DNA of 64,000 nt from a virus (taxonomy: Duplodnaviria > Caudoviricetes). The notes beneath the pieces were generated by a model. It ran no database searches and had not been told where the DNA came from. It worked only from the letters and a program-made list of their open reading frames with translations. Shown here in pieces: positions 1 to 9,775 of this stretch. Positions within the stretch are counted from its first letter, which is position 1, and every line of letters begins with the position of its first letter. Location: the IMG/VR virus record IMGVR_UViG_3300042543_000618, positions 1 to 64,000 of that record. One strand, 5' to 3'. Made by a program: the position numbers and the translations under genes.

Positions 1-1514
1 CCGGTTCCTGCGCCCGAAGTAGTCCATGAATAGGTTTTCTGTGCTGCGCCGTTCCATGCAGACGTTAGGTTTGGATAATAAGTGGCCCAGTCAATATTTT
101 GTCCGTTTAACGTATCTCTAGATGCAACTTTAACGCCAGATAGCGCAGTCCCAGCGATATTTTTGATTGAATGATTAACTTGTTTAGAGAAGATCAAAAA
201 CCCACCTGTCGCTGGGAAGCCGTCAACAAATTGCGATACTCCGGTTCCTGAACCTAGCGTTGTATTGCGCCCTGTAATGTAAATGTTCCCAACGCCTGTG
301 GCTCCAACCCCGGAGCGTAAATTAAATGCAGTGGTTTGCAAAGCTGCTGATAGATCTGAATAGGTAACGTTGTTAGCGGCTCCAACGTCTATTGCGTTAG
401 CGCCAATTAACGTAATATTTGAGAGAGTTGCGCCTGGAGTTAGGCTCCCAATAATCCAGCGATAACCATTAATAGTTATCCCGTTATAGGTGCCATCAGT
501 ATATAATACATTTCCAGAACCTCCCTCTGCTCCATCGGAATTAATAAAAGTTGCATTATTGTACGTAGCCGAAGTATAAATGAATGAAGCGCCCTGAATA
601 GCAGCGCTATTAATTGTCAAAGTGCCTGAAACGGTAGAAATACAGGTATTACCAAAGCTTTGATCGCCTTGAATAGAGGCAATTAAAGCCGGTGTTGGGC
701 ACACTGCTCCACTCCCTAAACCCCAACTAGATCTGCTCCCGTTGATAGTAATTGTTCCGGCAAAAATCAATTGGGCAGTGGTAGCTGATGATGAATTTTG
801 TCCAATCTGTGCTGGACAATTAGCCGCCAATACTAACTGCTCTGCCCAAGCATTCCAGGTAAGGGTGCCGGTAACCCGAACACGGGTAGAATTCACCGTG
901 TAAATATCAAGCCCCGTACTGCCATTGCCGCGACTGACCAGCACTCCAGGGGAGATGAACGTAACTGCTGCGCCGTTTGCAAGGTTTCCGGAAGTTGGGA
1001 GCGCCGGACTAAAGGTGACGGTATTGGTGCCAGAGGTCCAAGCAACTACCCGATGAACCGAATCAGTTGCACTCCTGAAAGTACTTAGTAGTGGTATGGC
1101 TTGCACAGGGGCAGAGATCGTCATTGTGGTGGCACCAACAGCCACCGCTGCCGTTGTGGTGACGTTGACGATTTCACTCCTGAAGGCTGCTAGGCCAGCA
1201 AACGCTGTCCCGATGGTGGTGTCTGTCCCAGTTTGCAGTAGCGGGTTTTGAAAAGTAAGCGATGTGCCAGAGGTGACAGACGGGACTGCTACACCCGTTT
1301 GAGGGAATAAGGTGACAACTGAGTTTGTTGCACTGCTGACCGCAGTGACACTGTAGACCGCGCCACTAATGACAACCTGAGCCCCGATCTGTAGTGCAGG
1401 GGTAGCGGTAGCTAGGTTGCCCGTAAACGTAATGTTTGCGCTGGAAGTGGCATTAGCGCCAGCAGTTGAAGTGGTGTTTACGGTAGCCGTGACGGTGGTA
1501 AAAGCCCATGCCAT
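1..1514 (-). CDS. Thr/Ser/Gly/Ala-rich beta-structured virion protein (fibre, receptor-binding or head appendage), truncated by the window edge
   Basis: ORF read manually from ATG at 1514 (MAWAFTTVTATVKTTSTAGANATSS...), open to position 1; AT-richer than its neighbours. Confidence 0.65.
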   Translation of the reverse strand, partial: MAWAFTTVTATVNTTSTAGANATSSANITFTGNLATATPALQIGAQVVISGAVYSVTAVSSATNSVVTLFPQTGVAVPSVTSGTSLTFQNPLLQTGTDTTIGTAFAGLAAFRSEIVNVTTTAAVAVGATTMTISAPVQAIPLLSTFRSATDSVHRVVAWTSGTNTVTFSPALPTSGNLANGAAVTFISPGVLVSRGNGSTGLDIYTVNSTRVRVTGTLTWNAWAEQLVLAANCPAQIGQNSSSATTAQLIFAGTITINGSRSSWGLGSGAVCPTPALIASIQGDQSFGNTCISTVSGTLTINSAAIQGASFIYTSATYNNATFINSDGAEGGSGNVLYTDGTYNGITINGYRWIIGSLTPGATLSNITLIGANAIDVGAANNVTYSDLSAALQTTAFNLRSGVGATGVGNIYITGRNTTLGSGTGVSQFVDGFPATGGFLIFSKQVNHSIKNIAGTALSGVKVASRDTLNGQNIDWATYYPNLTSAWNGAAQKTYSWTTSGAGT

Positions 1515-1625
1515 CAAGCATCACCCCGCTGGCTTAGTCCAAATCTAGTCCAGTCACGGCACAGCTCCACCGCAACCCCGCTATAGTCAGGGGTTTCAGG
1601 CGTTGAATAGTTGCGGGGAGAGCAG

Positions 1626-3125
1626 TTAGGCATTACTCAACACCTCCATCAATCGCTGTTGTGCCATCCTGGCGATCGCAGGCGTCACCATATCCCAAAT
1701 CATCGTCACCTCGTTAGGTAGTCCCGATGGTTCAAAGCAGCAACGATAATCTTCAGCCATGCACCGAACGATCGCAGCGCGATCGCCCCAGTACTGAATA
1801 CCGCGGGCGGCTTGCAGCGATAGGTAGTCCTGCCAGGGGCCATAGTCAGCGCTAGTGAGTAGGTCATGGCGGCTAGCGATCAAGCACGCTCCGATAAACC
1901 GCCGTAGCAGACACTCTAACCACCATTGGCTAGTCATCTTTAGCCCGGACTGGAGGGTATCCATCGCCTGGGCATAGGTGATAATGCCATCGCTAGCCGC
2001 GTCCTCTAGTTGGCGGCTGAGCATCAATAGCCGGTCCATTAAGGCATCGGCGGGGTCGTGGTCTACCAGGTAGATAACGCCGGTGGAGGGGTGACAAAAG
2101 GCTTTGCAATGGCGGGGTAGCCAGTTGGGGGCGCTATCAATCAGTTGAATGGTGCAACTGTCTAGCGGTAGCCCATCCGCACGACAGCGATCGCAGGCAT
2201 TCCGCAGCAGGCGACGGCTAAGCAACCCACGGGCGCGGCTGGTGGTGGCGGTGGCTAGGGGCGTGTCAGGAAATAGGGTAACCTTAGCCGCCTTGACAAG
2301 CGCCTGGGGGGAGGGTGGATCGCCAATAGGGGATAGTTCCAGGTCCAGCGTCCAATGGTCGTCAGCGGCAACAAAGGAGGATAGGCGATAGCTAAAGTTT
2401 GGCCCGGAGGGAACGATGCCGGAATCGGCAATCAGCCCAAGCACCTCGATGTCAGCGGGCGATCGCAGGAACAATAACGAGACGCGATCGCCTTCAGTTT
2501 GCACCACACCCCGAACGCCCTGGCGATCGAGGGTGGTGGTCAGGTCCATGGCGAAGTTATCCTCGATGGCGTAAAACTCATCGTCGCTGATGAGTTGGGC
2601 GGGTGATAGGTTGAGCCGCACCCGTAACTTGGCGTAGCCCTGGGGCGTATCGAGGACAGGAAGATAAACACCCCGGCCATAGTCGCCATCGCCTAGGGGG
2701 AAACGATAGTCACCAGGCGGGGGTGGCGTGGCATTGTAGCGCTGCCAGCGGTTATTGGCATTAAACACATAGGCGCGTCCCTGAGCATCGCGCTTGAGTG
2801 CCCCACGGTTCACCGCCTTGGTCAAGGAGCCTAGGCTATAGTCCTCCAGCCAATCATGGCGGCAGCCAGGGGTGCAGGTATGGTCATCGGTCCATAGTGC
2901 CTTGGCCAGGGGCGCTTCACTGAAGGTTTTACTACCCGCCTCCCGCAGCAGGTCCAGCAATCGCTTTTGCCGTTGGCTAAGCATTTGTTGGATCGGGTTA
3001 TCGTCTAGCTGCTGCACCGTTATTTCAGCACCACCGCCGGCGTCAACGCCCAAAGATTTACGCAGCTGTAGCGCGATCGCCTGGGCGTCAGAGGGTTGCC
3101 AATCACCGATAAATTCTAATTCCAT
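1626..3125 (-). CDS. Putative head-associated or internal virion protein
   Basis: Overlaps the portal stop; several LxK[A/S] motifs and a GRAYVFNANNRWQR variant of the shared head-protein motif. Confidence 0.55.
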   Translation of the reverse strand: MELEFIGDWQPSDAQAIALQLRKSLGVDAGGGAEITVQQLDDNPIQQMLSQRQKRLLDLLREAGSKTFSEAPLAKALWTDDHTCTPGCRHDWLEDYSLGSLTKAVNRGALKRDAQGRAYVFNANNRWQRYNATPPPPGDYRFPLGDGDYGRGVYLPVLDTPQGYAKLRVRLNLSPAQLISDDEFYAIEDNFAMDLTTTLDRQGVRGVVQTEGDRVSLLFLRSPADIEVLGLIADSGIVPSGPNFSYRLSSFVAADDHWTLDLELSPIGDPPSPQALVKAAKVTLFPDTPLATATTSRARGLLSRRLLRNACDRCRADGLPLDSCTIQLIDSAPNWLPRHCKAFCHPSTGVIYLVDHDPADALMDRLLMLSRQLEDAASDGIITYAQAMDTLQSGLKMTSQWWLECLLRRFIGACLIASRHDLLTSADYGPWQDYLSLQAARGIQYWGDRAAIVRCMAEDYRCCFEPSGLPNEVTMIWDMVTPAIARMAQQRLMEVLSNA

Positions 3126-4660
3126 CGGATCACTAGCCTCCTGGCGCTTTTCTCTAGCTCGGGGTTACCCTCCGGTGGTTGGCCGGGTTGCGGTTGATCA
3201 GGTTGTTGGTTAGAGTCCTCCTGCCCGGGCGGCGGCGGGGCCATCATACCTTGGGCCTGGGCTAGCATCTGCTGGGATTGTTGCTTCTCCTGTGCCCACA
3301 TGGGCGGCGGCTGGAGGGGCGAGTCACCCCACTCGACGGCATCGCGTCCACCCCATTTAGAACGGAGTTCGTTAATGGTCATCGCGCCCATGGTGACTTC
3401 ACCGGCATCACGCTGGTATTCTTGCTGCTCCGCCGGGGTTTGGGATTGGGTGAAGGCAAACTCTAGGTCCTCCCACCCACAAACACCGTGGATCACCTGT
3501 TCAGTATGGATAGAGGACAAGCTGCGCAGCAATGGCGCGACACCCTTGGACTCCATCAAGTCCACCTGGGTCTCAGCTACCCCAGAACCGATGCCGCCGG
3601 TCACCTCATCAGTAAAGCCGATCTGGCTAGCTGAGATGCGATACAGCATCGTGATGCGTCGCACCACATGGGTCAGCAATTCAGTAAACTGCATCTCCCG
3701 GTTAGACACCGATGACAGGGGCACCAGGTCGAATACCTGCTGACTCTTGCCCTCAGCGTCCCGGGCGGCCCGGAAAGCGTGGATATTCCACGGGTTGTCC
3801 TGGCTGGTCTGCCTCATCTGAGACATGAGGCTACGGAACTCAGCCGATGACAATCCCATCACCGCCAGCAATGCCGGGGGGATGCCGTTCTTTTCAAAGA
3901 AGCTGGCATTGTACCGGTTAGCGTTCAGGTCGCTAGCGATGCTGACGTAGGCGGTCTCAATCGGAGAGATGCCGTAGGGACTCCAGGACACCGGGTTGAG
4001 TCGGATATAGGCTAACTCCTCCGGCTCAAACCGTACATGGGTCTTGACGTTATAGCTTTGCCAGTAGGCCAGCGGGATACCCGTATCGTCACAGTCGATC
4101 TCCACCGTATCGCCCGCGATCGCGCCCAATTCCAGCGGCAGGCGGTGGCCATTTACCTCAGCAGTCACGATCTCGTAGGCCGCCGCGTCGTAGATTAGTA
4201 AGTCCCGCAGTATTAACCGGTGGAACTGGTCCAGGTTGTAATGGTTGGCCGGGTGGGTAAAGAATCTCTCTAGCCAGCGGATGCGCTTTTTGAGAACTTT
4301 GTACTCATCCGGGCGGCGATCGCGCAACCACCGGCTTTTCTCTTCGTCAATGGGGCGGATTGTCCAGTCACAGCCGCAGACTAGCTCCACCAAGGTATCG
4401 ACACAAGCCCTGACTACCTCAGAGCGCATATAAACCATCCGCATCACCTCGGGGCTAAGGAAGCCCTGACGGGGTTGGCCGCGTCCCTCGAAGGTGCTCC
4501 AGATATTAGGAGTGGTGCGATAACGGCGACCGGGCTTTTTGTCGATGCCATCATCCCAACCACGGCCATTGGCGCGTTTGGCTAACTCCCTCGCCCGGGA
4601 TAGGGGTAGATCCAGGTCGGGGGAAGTCTCTAGGTGGCGGTGGAGGCGGGTGAGGTCCAT
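3116..4660 (-). CDS. Phage portal protein (HK97-like)
   Basis: 514 aa; YGISPIE, FFEKNGIP, REMQF..L, ASQIG motifs typical of portals. Confidence 0.88.
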   Translation of the reverse strand: MDLTRLHRHLETSPDLDLPLSRARELAKRANGRGWDDGIDKKPGRRYRTTPNIWSTFEGRGQPRQGFLSPEVMRMVYMRSEVVRACVDTLVELVCGCDWTIRPIDEEKSRWLRDRRPDEYKVLKKRIRWLERFFTHPANHYNLDQFHRLILRDLLIYDAAAYEIVTAEVNGHRLPLELGAIAGDTVEIDCDDTGIPLAYWQSYNVKTHVRFEPEELAYIRLNPVSWSPYGISPIETAYVSIASDLNANRYNASFFEKNGIPPALLAVMGLSSAEFRSLMSQMRQTSQDNPWNIHAFRAARDAEGKSQQVFDLVPLSSVSNREMQFTELLTHVVRRITMLYRISASQIGFTDEVTGGIGSGVAETQVDLMESKGVAPLLRSLSSIHTEQVIHGVCGWEDLEFAFTQSQTPAEQQEYQRDAGEVTMGAMTINELRSKWGGRDAVEWGDSPLQPPPMWAQEKQQSQQMLAQAQGMMAPPPPGQEDSNQQPDQPQPGQPPEGNPELEKSARRLVIRWN

Positions 4661-4940
4661 GGGTAGCCAGTCTCTAGGCTAATTTTAGCGGTTCTCCCCC
4701 GGGTTATCGCTTATTGCAAATAGGCCATGCTAATTAAGCCGCGCCTGCCACTGCCCGCTCTTCGCCTAGCTGCATCCTGAATCCAAGCACTTGCCAAAAG
4801 AAGGATTAGAAAGCCAGCGATCGCTTTTTTCATTATCGCTATTCTCCTCAAGCTGTTAAGGGTTATGGGTAGCCAGTCTCTAGGCTAATTTTAGCGATCG
4901 TCCCTCTGGGTTATTGCGTATTGCAAATATGCTATGCTAA
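4659..4940. repeat. Imperfect ~80-bp direct repeat (about 4659-4735 and 4865-4940) duplicating the portal 5' leader and promoter
   Basis: ATGGGTAGCCAGTCTCTAGGCTAATTTTAGCG identical in both copies, followed by a similar TTATTGCAAATA..C.ATGCTAA. Confidence 0.85.
4711..4833 (-). CDS. 40-aa signal-peptide-like protein with RAGSGRR (PatX/PatS-like)
   Basis: GAGGAG RBS then MKKAIAGFLILLLASAWIQDAARRRAGSGRRGLISMAYLQ*; too short for the ORF track. Confidence 0.6.
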   Translation of the reverse strand: MKKAIAGFLILLLASAWIQDAARRRAGSGRRGLISMAYLQ

Positions 4941-4987
4941 AGTAAATATGCAACAAAGGTTGCAAACTTCAATATCGTTTAGGAGAT

Positions 4988-5203
4988 ATGGCCATGGTTG
5001 ATCAAAAGGAAATCGAGCGTCGGGCTAAGGCGCTGATGGAAGACGGGTTAGGAGTTTTGCAAGCCTGGAACCAAGCTTGCCGAGAAGTCGGGGTGCTAAA
5101 TGCGCCCGATCCTTTGGCTGAGACGGATGTAGTGCGAATTGTCCGCGCCCTAGATGCACAGGGGACTGCTCGGCTAATGGAAGACCTGCGCCAAGCGGGT
5201 TAA
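4988..5203 (+). CDS. Hypothetical protein
   Basis: AGGAG RBS; 71 aa ORF. Confidence 0.6.
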   Translation: MAMVDQKEIERRAKALMEDGLGVLQAWNQACREVGVLNAPDPLAETDVVRIVRALDAQGTARLMEDLRQAG

Positions 5204-5241
5204 GTGTTTCACTCAAAAGACCACTTTTACGGAGGATAAGC

Positions 5242-5403
5242 GTGACTAACGAAATTGAACGGGCTGGAGAGATAATTGCAGACTCTGATGAACAAGCCAA
5301 AAGAGCAGTGCTTGAAGCCTGCGAAAAGCTGGAAACCTTGCGCATCGCAAGGGTCGCACTTGAAAACCTTGTGCAGGAGCTTGCACCCTATGAAAACGAC
5401 TAA
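5242..5403 (+). CDS. Small coiled-coil hypothetical protein
   Basis: GGAGGA RBS then GTG ACT AAC GAA ATT (MTNEIERAGEII...ENDstop). Confidence 0.55.
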   Translation: MTNEIERAGEIIADSDEQAKRAVLEACEKLETLRIARVALENLVQELAPYEND

Positions 5404-5613
5404 TAGCACTACCGCCCAACCCGCTGACACCCCTAGCCCGCAGCCCTCCCAAGTGCCCGGCACCGTGGAGCAAGCGTTCCTTTATGCCGCCACTGGGGCG
5501 GCGATACTGGCCTCGGCTGCCTCAGAGAAGGCGAAGGGTAAGATCTAGAAACCTGCACCCTGGCGGCCCCGTGGCTGCTGGGGTGCTTTTGTAAATTACC
5601 TTGGGAAAAGACG

Positions 5614-5847
5614 ATGGATAAAAACGTTTGGTGTCTGGTAACAAAGCCGTCTGATGACGGCACCCTGGGAATCGGCAACATTTTTAAGATTGACTATCAG
5701 GGTTTCCTTCACTGCAAGCGGGCGGGGACACTCCTGCCCGATGAAGCCATGGACGCCCTTGAGGGGGTGGAATTCATCAAGGTGGCCGATATTGACATGG
5801 AAGCCCTTGCCGCTGTTTGTGCCTGGCCCTCGCCGGGGGTTTTGTAA
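5614..5847 (+). CDS. Hypothetical protein
   Basis: 77 aa ORF followed by a duplicated hairpin. Confidence 0.5.
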   Translation: MDKNVWCLVTKPSDDGTLGIGNIFKIDYQGFLHCKRAGTLLPDEAMDALEGVEFIKVADIDMEALAAVCAWPSPGVL

Positions 5848-5903
5848 GGCATCTAACCCTACCGCTTTTCACCCTTACCCCTGGCCCTCGCCGGGGGTTT
5901 TGT
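5822..5903 (+). repeat. Duplicated terminator-like element CCTGGCCCTCGCCGGGGGTTTTGT (two copies)
   Basis: Copies at about 5822-5845 and 5880-5903. Confidence 0.7.
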
Positions 5904-5908
5904 TTTGG

Positions 5909-6163
5909 CTACAGGTCGTAGTAATTTTCCTCCACGTCCTCACCCGCCATAAACCGCTGCCAGTAGTCGCGCTGGGCTTCTACCACCGCCCTATCCCGTG
6001 GGTCGCTCGGGTCGCCCACGTAGCCGCCTGGGTGCTCCGCATTGGCCGCCTCTAGCAAGAAGGCTGCTATGGCTTTCACCTGGGGCGTATTGCCAGTGGT
6101 ATCTTTGATAGCCCTGAGCGCTTGTAGGGCGTTGCGGTAGGAGGTGCGATCGGCTAGGGGCAT
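5909..6163 (-). CDS. Hypothetical protein
   Basis: 84 aa ORF whose 5' end is duplicated at 6809-6856. Confidence 0.6.
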   Translation of the reverse strand: MPLADRTSYRNALQALRAIKDTTGNTPQVKAIAAFLLEAANAEHPGGYVGDPSDPRDRAVVEAQRDYWQRFMAGEDVEENYYDL

Positions 6164-6856
6164 GGGGAGGATGGGGTTAAAGCAAGGATGTAACGTCTAA
6201 CAAAGCTTGGTAGTCAGGATGGCGATCCATAAAGCTCTGCACCGTAACTGTTCCCGTTCTGGCCATGCCAGCGATCGCGGTTAAAGGGATAATAGCCTGA
6301 GCCTGTCCTCGTTTGATGCGTACCTTATAAGTCCCGTCGGCAACCTCAGCCCGCAGGTTACTAATTGCCTTGATGATGCGATCGTCGGCAGCACCTTTGC
6401 AGGTTTGTCCATTTGCCCCAGATGCGGCATTGGTAATAGCTCTCTGGCAAGCAAAGTCAATCCCTTCGTTAATTAGGTCTGCGGCAGTCCTGCCAGTCAT
6501 GTTTGCAGCCGTTCGTACCAATTCAGCCTGGGTCATGGTAGTTGTCATGCCTTGGCTCAATAAAGCGGCTTCAATCAGCGGCTTTCTGCTTTTATCTGAA
6601 AGAGTCTTAAAATACTCTCTCCTGTGGACGCTATCAGGGATAAACGTTAGCTCAGCACTGGAGCTATAAAGGCGATCGACAAGTCCAGTCACGGTAGCAG
6701 GCTCAGTCATAAAAAATCGTGGACTTTGCCACGATGCGAAAAGTCGCCTTTAGTATAACAAGCTATTGCCAACAAGCTACCGTAGTGTTAAAAGCCAATA
6801 ACTTTAGCCGTTGCGGTAGGAGGTGCGATCGGCTAGAGGCATGGGGAGGATGGGGT
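6130..6856. repeat. 48-bp direct repeat (6130-6177 and 6809-6856, one mismatch) flanking an inserted gene
   Basis: CGTTGCGGTAGGAGGTGCGATCGGCTAG(G/A)GGCATGGGGAGGATGGGGT twice; partial third copy at 7823-7844. Confidence 0.9.
6177..6710 (-). CDS. Hypothetical moron-like protein, possible C-terminal HTH
   Basis: 177 aa AT-richer ORF lying between the 48-bp repeats. Confidence 0.6.
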   Translation of the reverse strand: MTEPATVTGLVDRLYSSSAELTFIPDSVHRREYFKTLSDKSRKPLIEAALLSQGMTTTMTQAELVRTAANMTGRTAADLINEGIDFACQRAITNAASGANGQTCKGAADDRIIKAISNLRAEVADGTYKVRIKRGQAQAIIPLTAIAGMARTGTVTVQSFMDRHPDYQALLDVTSLL

Positions 6857-6947
6857 ATAATGTAAATGCGCTCCACCGCTTGCGCCAACAAACGATGGAA
6901 CGGCTACCCCGATTGTTAATCTCGCTAACAAATGAGGCACAAATATT

Positions 6948-7307
6948 ATGAGCCAAAATCAGAAGATACTGGCAGTCCTGCTGCAAATCGAGCAAGTTGT
7001 ATCTCGTTACTCTGACGATGAGCTATCAGAGAAGTGTAGAGAGGCAGGCAAAGATTTTTTTGCGTTCATGCAGTCCCAAGGGGTTCACCCTGGCTGGTGT
7101 CAAAAGTTGATCGTCGATACCCTGGGTATTCATCCGATGAAGCTATGGCGCATTCGTGACATAAAATTGCTGCGGAAGGCGATTTATGCCTATTGCAACA
7201 CCATGGGCGTTACGCCAATTCGCCGGGACGATCAGCCCCACAGGCCGCCCTATCGGGTGGCCCAGGACACCGCCAATTTTTTCTTTGGAAGGACTGACAA
7301 GCCATGA
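6948..7307 (+). CDS. Hypothetical protein
   Basis: GAGG RBS; 119 aa; coupled to the next ORF. Confidence 0.6.
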   Translation: MSQNQKILAVLLQIEQVVSRYSDDELSEKCREAGKDFFAFMQSQGVHPGWCQKLIVDTLGIHPMKLWRIRDIKLLRKAIYAYCNTMGVTPIRRDDQPHRPPYRVAQDTANFFFGRTDKP

Positions 7308-7834
7308 GCTTAGCTACTGCCTACATGGAAGCCCAGGCCGCCTCAGCAACGGCGGCGGACGATTGGGAGCTATGGTTCGACACTGACCTGGACCAGGAGA
7401 CCCTAGAAACCGTCACCGCCCACATTGACGCCTTGGAGGTCACTGGCTACCCTACCGATGCCCTAGAGGCCATGCTTGAGGCCGGGGAGGCGCTGTGGTG
7501 GTGCCCCGCCTGGGTGCGAGACCTGCGGGAGGTGTTCTACGGCTGGCTATGCCATGGCCAGGAAATTAAAGCCCGCCTGGTGGCAGACTGGCTGCTGTCT
7601 ACCCTACCCCCTGACCCCATCGACCCTGACACCGCCCAATACCTTGCCCTGGTGGCCAGTGGGGATGCCCTGGAGGCAGAGCCCGGACTGTGTTGCTTTT
7701 GGCCAGCTAGGCCCCGGCTTTACCTCGATAGACTGGATCTGGCCATGGCTGAAGTAGCGGCGGATGCCCTAGCTAGCTATAACGCTGATGTGGATGCACG
7801 GGCGATCGTGGCTGGCGGGAAGGCGATCGCTTAG
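7304..7834 (+). CDS. Hypothetical acidic protein
   Basis: 176 aa; ATGA overlap with the upstream gene. Confidence 0.6.
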   Translation: MSLATAYMEAQAASATAADDWELWFDTDLDQETLETVTAHIDALEVTGYPTDALEAMLEAGEALWWCPAWVRDLREVFYGWLCHGQEIKARLVADWLLSTLPPDPIDPDTAQYLALVASGDALEAEPGLCCFWPARPRLYLDRLDLAMAEVAADALASYNADVDARAIVAGGKAIA

Positions 7835-7846
7835 AGGCATGGGAAG

Positions 7847-9193
7847 CTACACGTCAAACAATTTGATTTGATGTGATACGCAAAGCTCTTGCTCTTCCCG
7901 TCTTTTAACGAAACTTACAAACTCCTTAATGACTGATTTTTCCTCGTCAGTCAGTTCGTCAGCTCTTTTGTATGTTTTCCGGCGATGGGTTTCCCTGCTC
8001 ATAGGGACACAGTTGACTACCTTGTTGCAGATAGTGGCAGTATCCCAATGATCAAAATCACAGGCATCTGTCCAGGTGCCATCGGCTCTGACAATCGTTG
8101 TCCGATCTATTAGATCACACCCTGGTGTATTGGGAAAATTTAACTTTGTAAACTCATAAAGATATTTTGCGGCTTTTTGCTTGACAGACTTGGTAAAACC
8201 CTTGACGCGCCCAGTATTAGCCCCGTCCTTCATTTCACTTAGCCGCTGACTCAATCCTTGCATGGCCGACAGAAAGGTGTTTGTAAGGGAGTCAATCTGA
8301 TCGGCTAACTGCTCAATACCTTCCTCAACTACTTCAGAGTTTTTGCTGACCTTCTCTTCTAATCCCGTGATTAACCTGTTAATCTCTTGAGTTCTCTCAA
8401 TTCTAGTCAACCCTGCGTCCATCAGCTCGGCCCGGCGCGTCTGGATACTAAAGTAAGCCTGGGCCGCCGCAATCTCAGGCTTTCTGGGGTCGCCGTTTTG
8501 GGCGATCAAATGGCAAGCATGGCGAGAGAGTCGGTAATCCGTGATTTCCCGCATTGCATCACTCCCTAAGGAGACCATTTTCGCGGCGCCGCGAAAATGG
8601 TCTTCATGAGAGAGGCCATATGTATCAAGGCTTTCAGCAGCTCGGTGAATAGCTTGCTCAAATTTTTCCCAAGTTTCATACCCCAGGAGTGTCTGCAGCT
8701 CTCTAGCCAGCCAATACTCTTGAAGCTCGGGATCTGATTGGATTTCATCAAAATGGCGAATAGAGTCAAACGGGCTTGCAAGAACCGCATCGTCAGCCCT
8801 TTCAAGCGCCACAAAGCTTTCGCTGGAGTTATCTTCACCTGCTCCAGCAACCTCTAAGCCGCTTTCACTCGCGCTGTTTACAGACTCTTGCGCTTGTTCA
8901 CGGCTTTCTGGAAGGATAAACCTTTGAGTGCCCCCTGGGAGTAAAGCCTGCTCAACAATCTTCGCTAAGAACCGTAGCGATATTTTTCGAGACTTCAATA
9001 CTCTACGCAAGCCCTCAAGGATGTCAGGCTCAATGCCCTGCATCTTGCTGACTTTCCACAAAGCCAAGTGGAAGCTTTTAACGCTTTTGTAATTTAACTT
9101 GTCTCTACTCTTGCAATAGACAAATTGACGGGCCTGCTCCAACGACACGGTGTCATCCATGGCTGTATCAATAGCGAGTCTAATCAAGCCCAT
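7847..9193 (-). CDS. DinD/Bro-N-family antirepressor-like protein with coiled coil and HNH-like C-terminus
   Basis: YWLARELQTLLGY..W..F, DYRLSRHACHLIAQNGDPRKPEIAAAQAYF (DinD signature); FDHW..N..N..H; C-terminal QIKLF. Confidence 0.75.
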   Translation of the reverse strand: MGLIRLAIDTAMDDTVSLEQARQFVYCKSRDKLNYKSVKSFHLALWKVSKMQGIEPDILEGLRRVLKSRKISLRFLAKIVEQALLPGGTQRFILPESREQAQESVNSASESGLEVAGAGEDNSSESFVALERADDAVLASPFDSIRHFDEIQSDPELQEYWLARELQTLLGYETWEKFEQAIHRAAESLDTYGLSHEDHFRGAAKMVSLGSDAMREITDYRLSRHACHLIAQNGDPRKPEIAAAQAYFSIQTRRAELMDAGLTRIERTQEINRLITGLEEKVSKNSEVVEEGIEQLADQIDSLTNTFLSAMQGLSQRLSEMKDGANTGRVKGFTKSVKQKAAKYLYEFTKLNFPNTPGCDLIDRTTIVRADGTWTDACDFDHWDTATICNKVVNCVPMSRETHRRKTYKRADELTDEEKSVIKEFVSFVKRREEQELCVSHQIKLFDV

Positions 9194-9290
9194 CTTAACG
9201 TAAATTATTTATTGCACATAGGCCCTACAAAAGCATATCCGCAACAGCCATCTACAGAAAAACCCCAGGGTTTCCCCCAGGGCATCACTC

Positions 9291-9327
9291 AAAAGACCTT
9301 CGTGAAGCGATCCACGGAGGTCTTTTG
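9291..9327. terminator. Bidirectional intrinsic terminator
   Basis: AAAAGACCTTCGTG...CACGGAGGTCTTTTG inverted repeat. Confidence 0.7.
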
Positions 9328-9330
9328 ATC

Positions 9331-9462
9331 TTACCTTTCTCCTGGCTCCCTAGCCTGCCAGTAGCAGGCGCTAGCCAAAGTATCATCAATCCAATGGGCC
9401 AGGGCTTCCAGGGACCGTCCTAGGCGGCGCATTAACCAACGATAAACAGCGGAACGTGGCAT
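9331..9462 (-). CDS. Small hypothetical protein (43 aa)
   Basis: Read manually: MPRSAVYRWLMRRLGRSL...; third gene of a small-gene operon. Confidence 0.4.
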   Translation of the reverse strand: MPRSAVYRWLMRRLGRSLEALAHWIDDTLASACYWQAREPGER

Positions 9463-9532
9463 AACAAAATTTGGTAAGGACAAATCCCCCTCGCTACGCT
9501 GTGGGGTGGCGGCGGTAGCCTAAGCGGCTAGG

Positions 9533-9775
9533 CTAGGGGTTAGCGAACACGTATGACTCGATCAGGTTGAGGCGTTCTTCCAGCCTCAGAATATAGTCAG
9601 CTAAGCGAATGTTGGGTGCCCCTGTCCGTGTGGCTACCTCTTCAATGGCCTTGAGGTAAACCGTTTCCTCGTCAGAGCTTCCGATTTCGTAAAGGTTCCA
9701 ACATTTATCTTTAAACCAGCCAGAAACTAAATTCATGTCAGATAGTTTGTCCGGGGTTATGGAAAAACGGTTCAT
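9533..9775 (-). CDS. Hypothetical protein
   Basis: GAGGA RBS; 80 aa. Confidence 0.6.
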   Translation of the reverse strand: MNRFSITPDKLSDMNLVSGWFKDKCWNLYEIGSSDEETVYLKAIEEVATRTGAPNIRLADYILRLEERLNLIESYVFANP

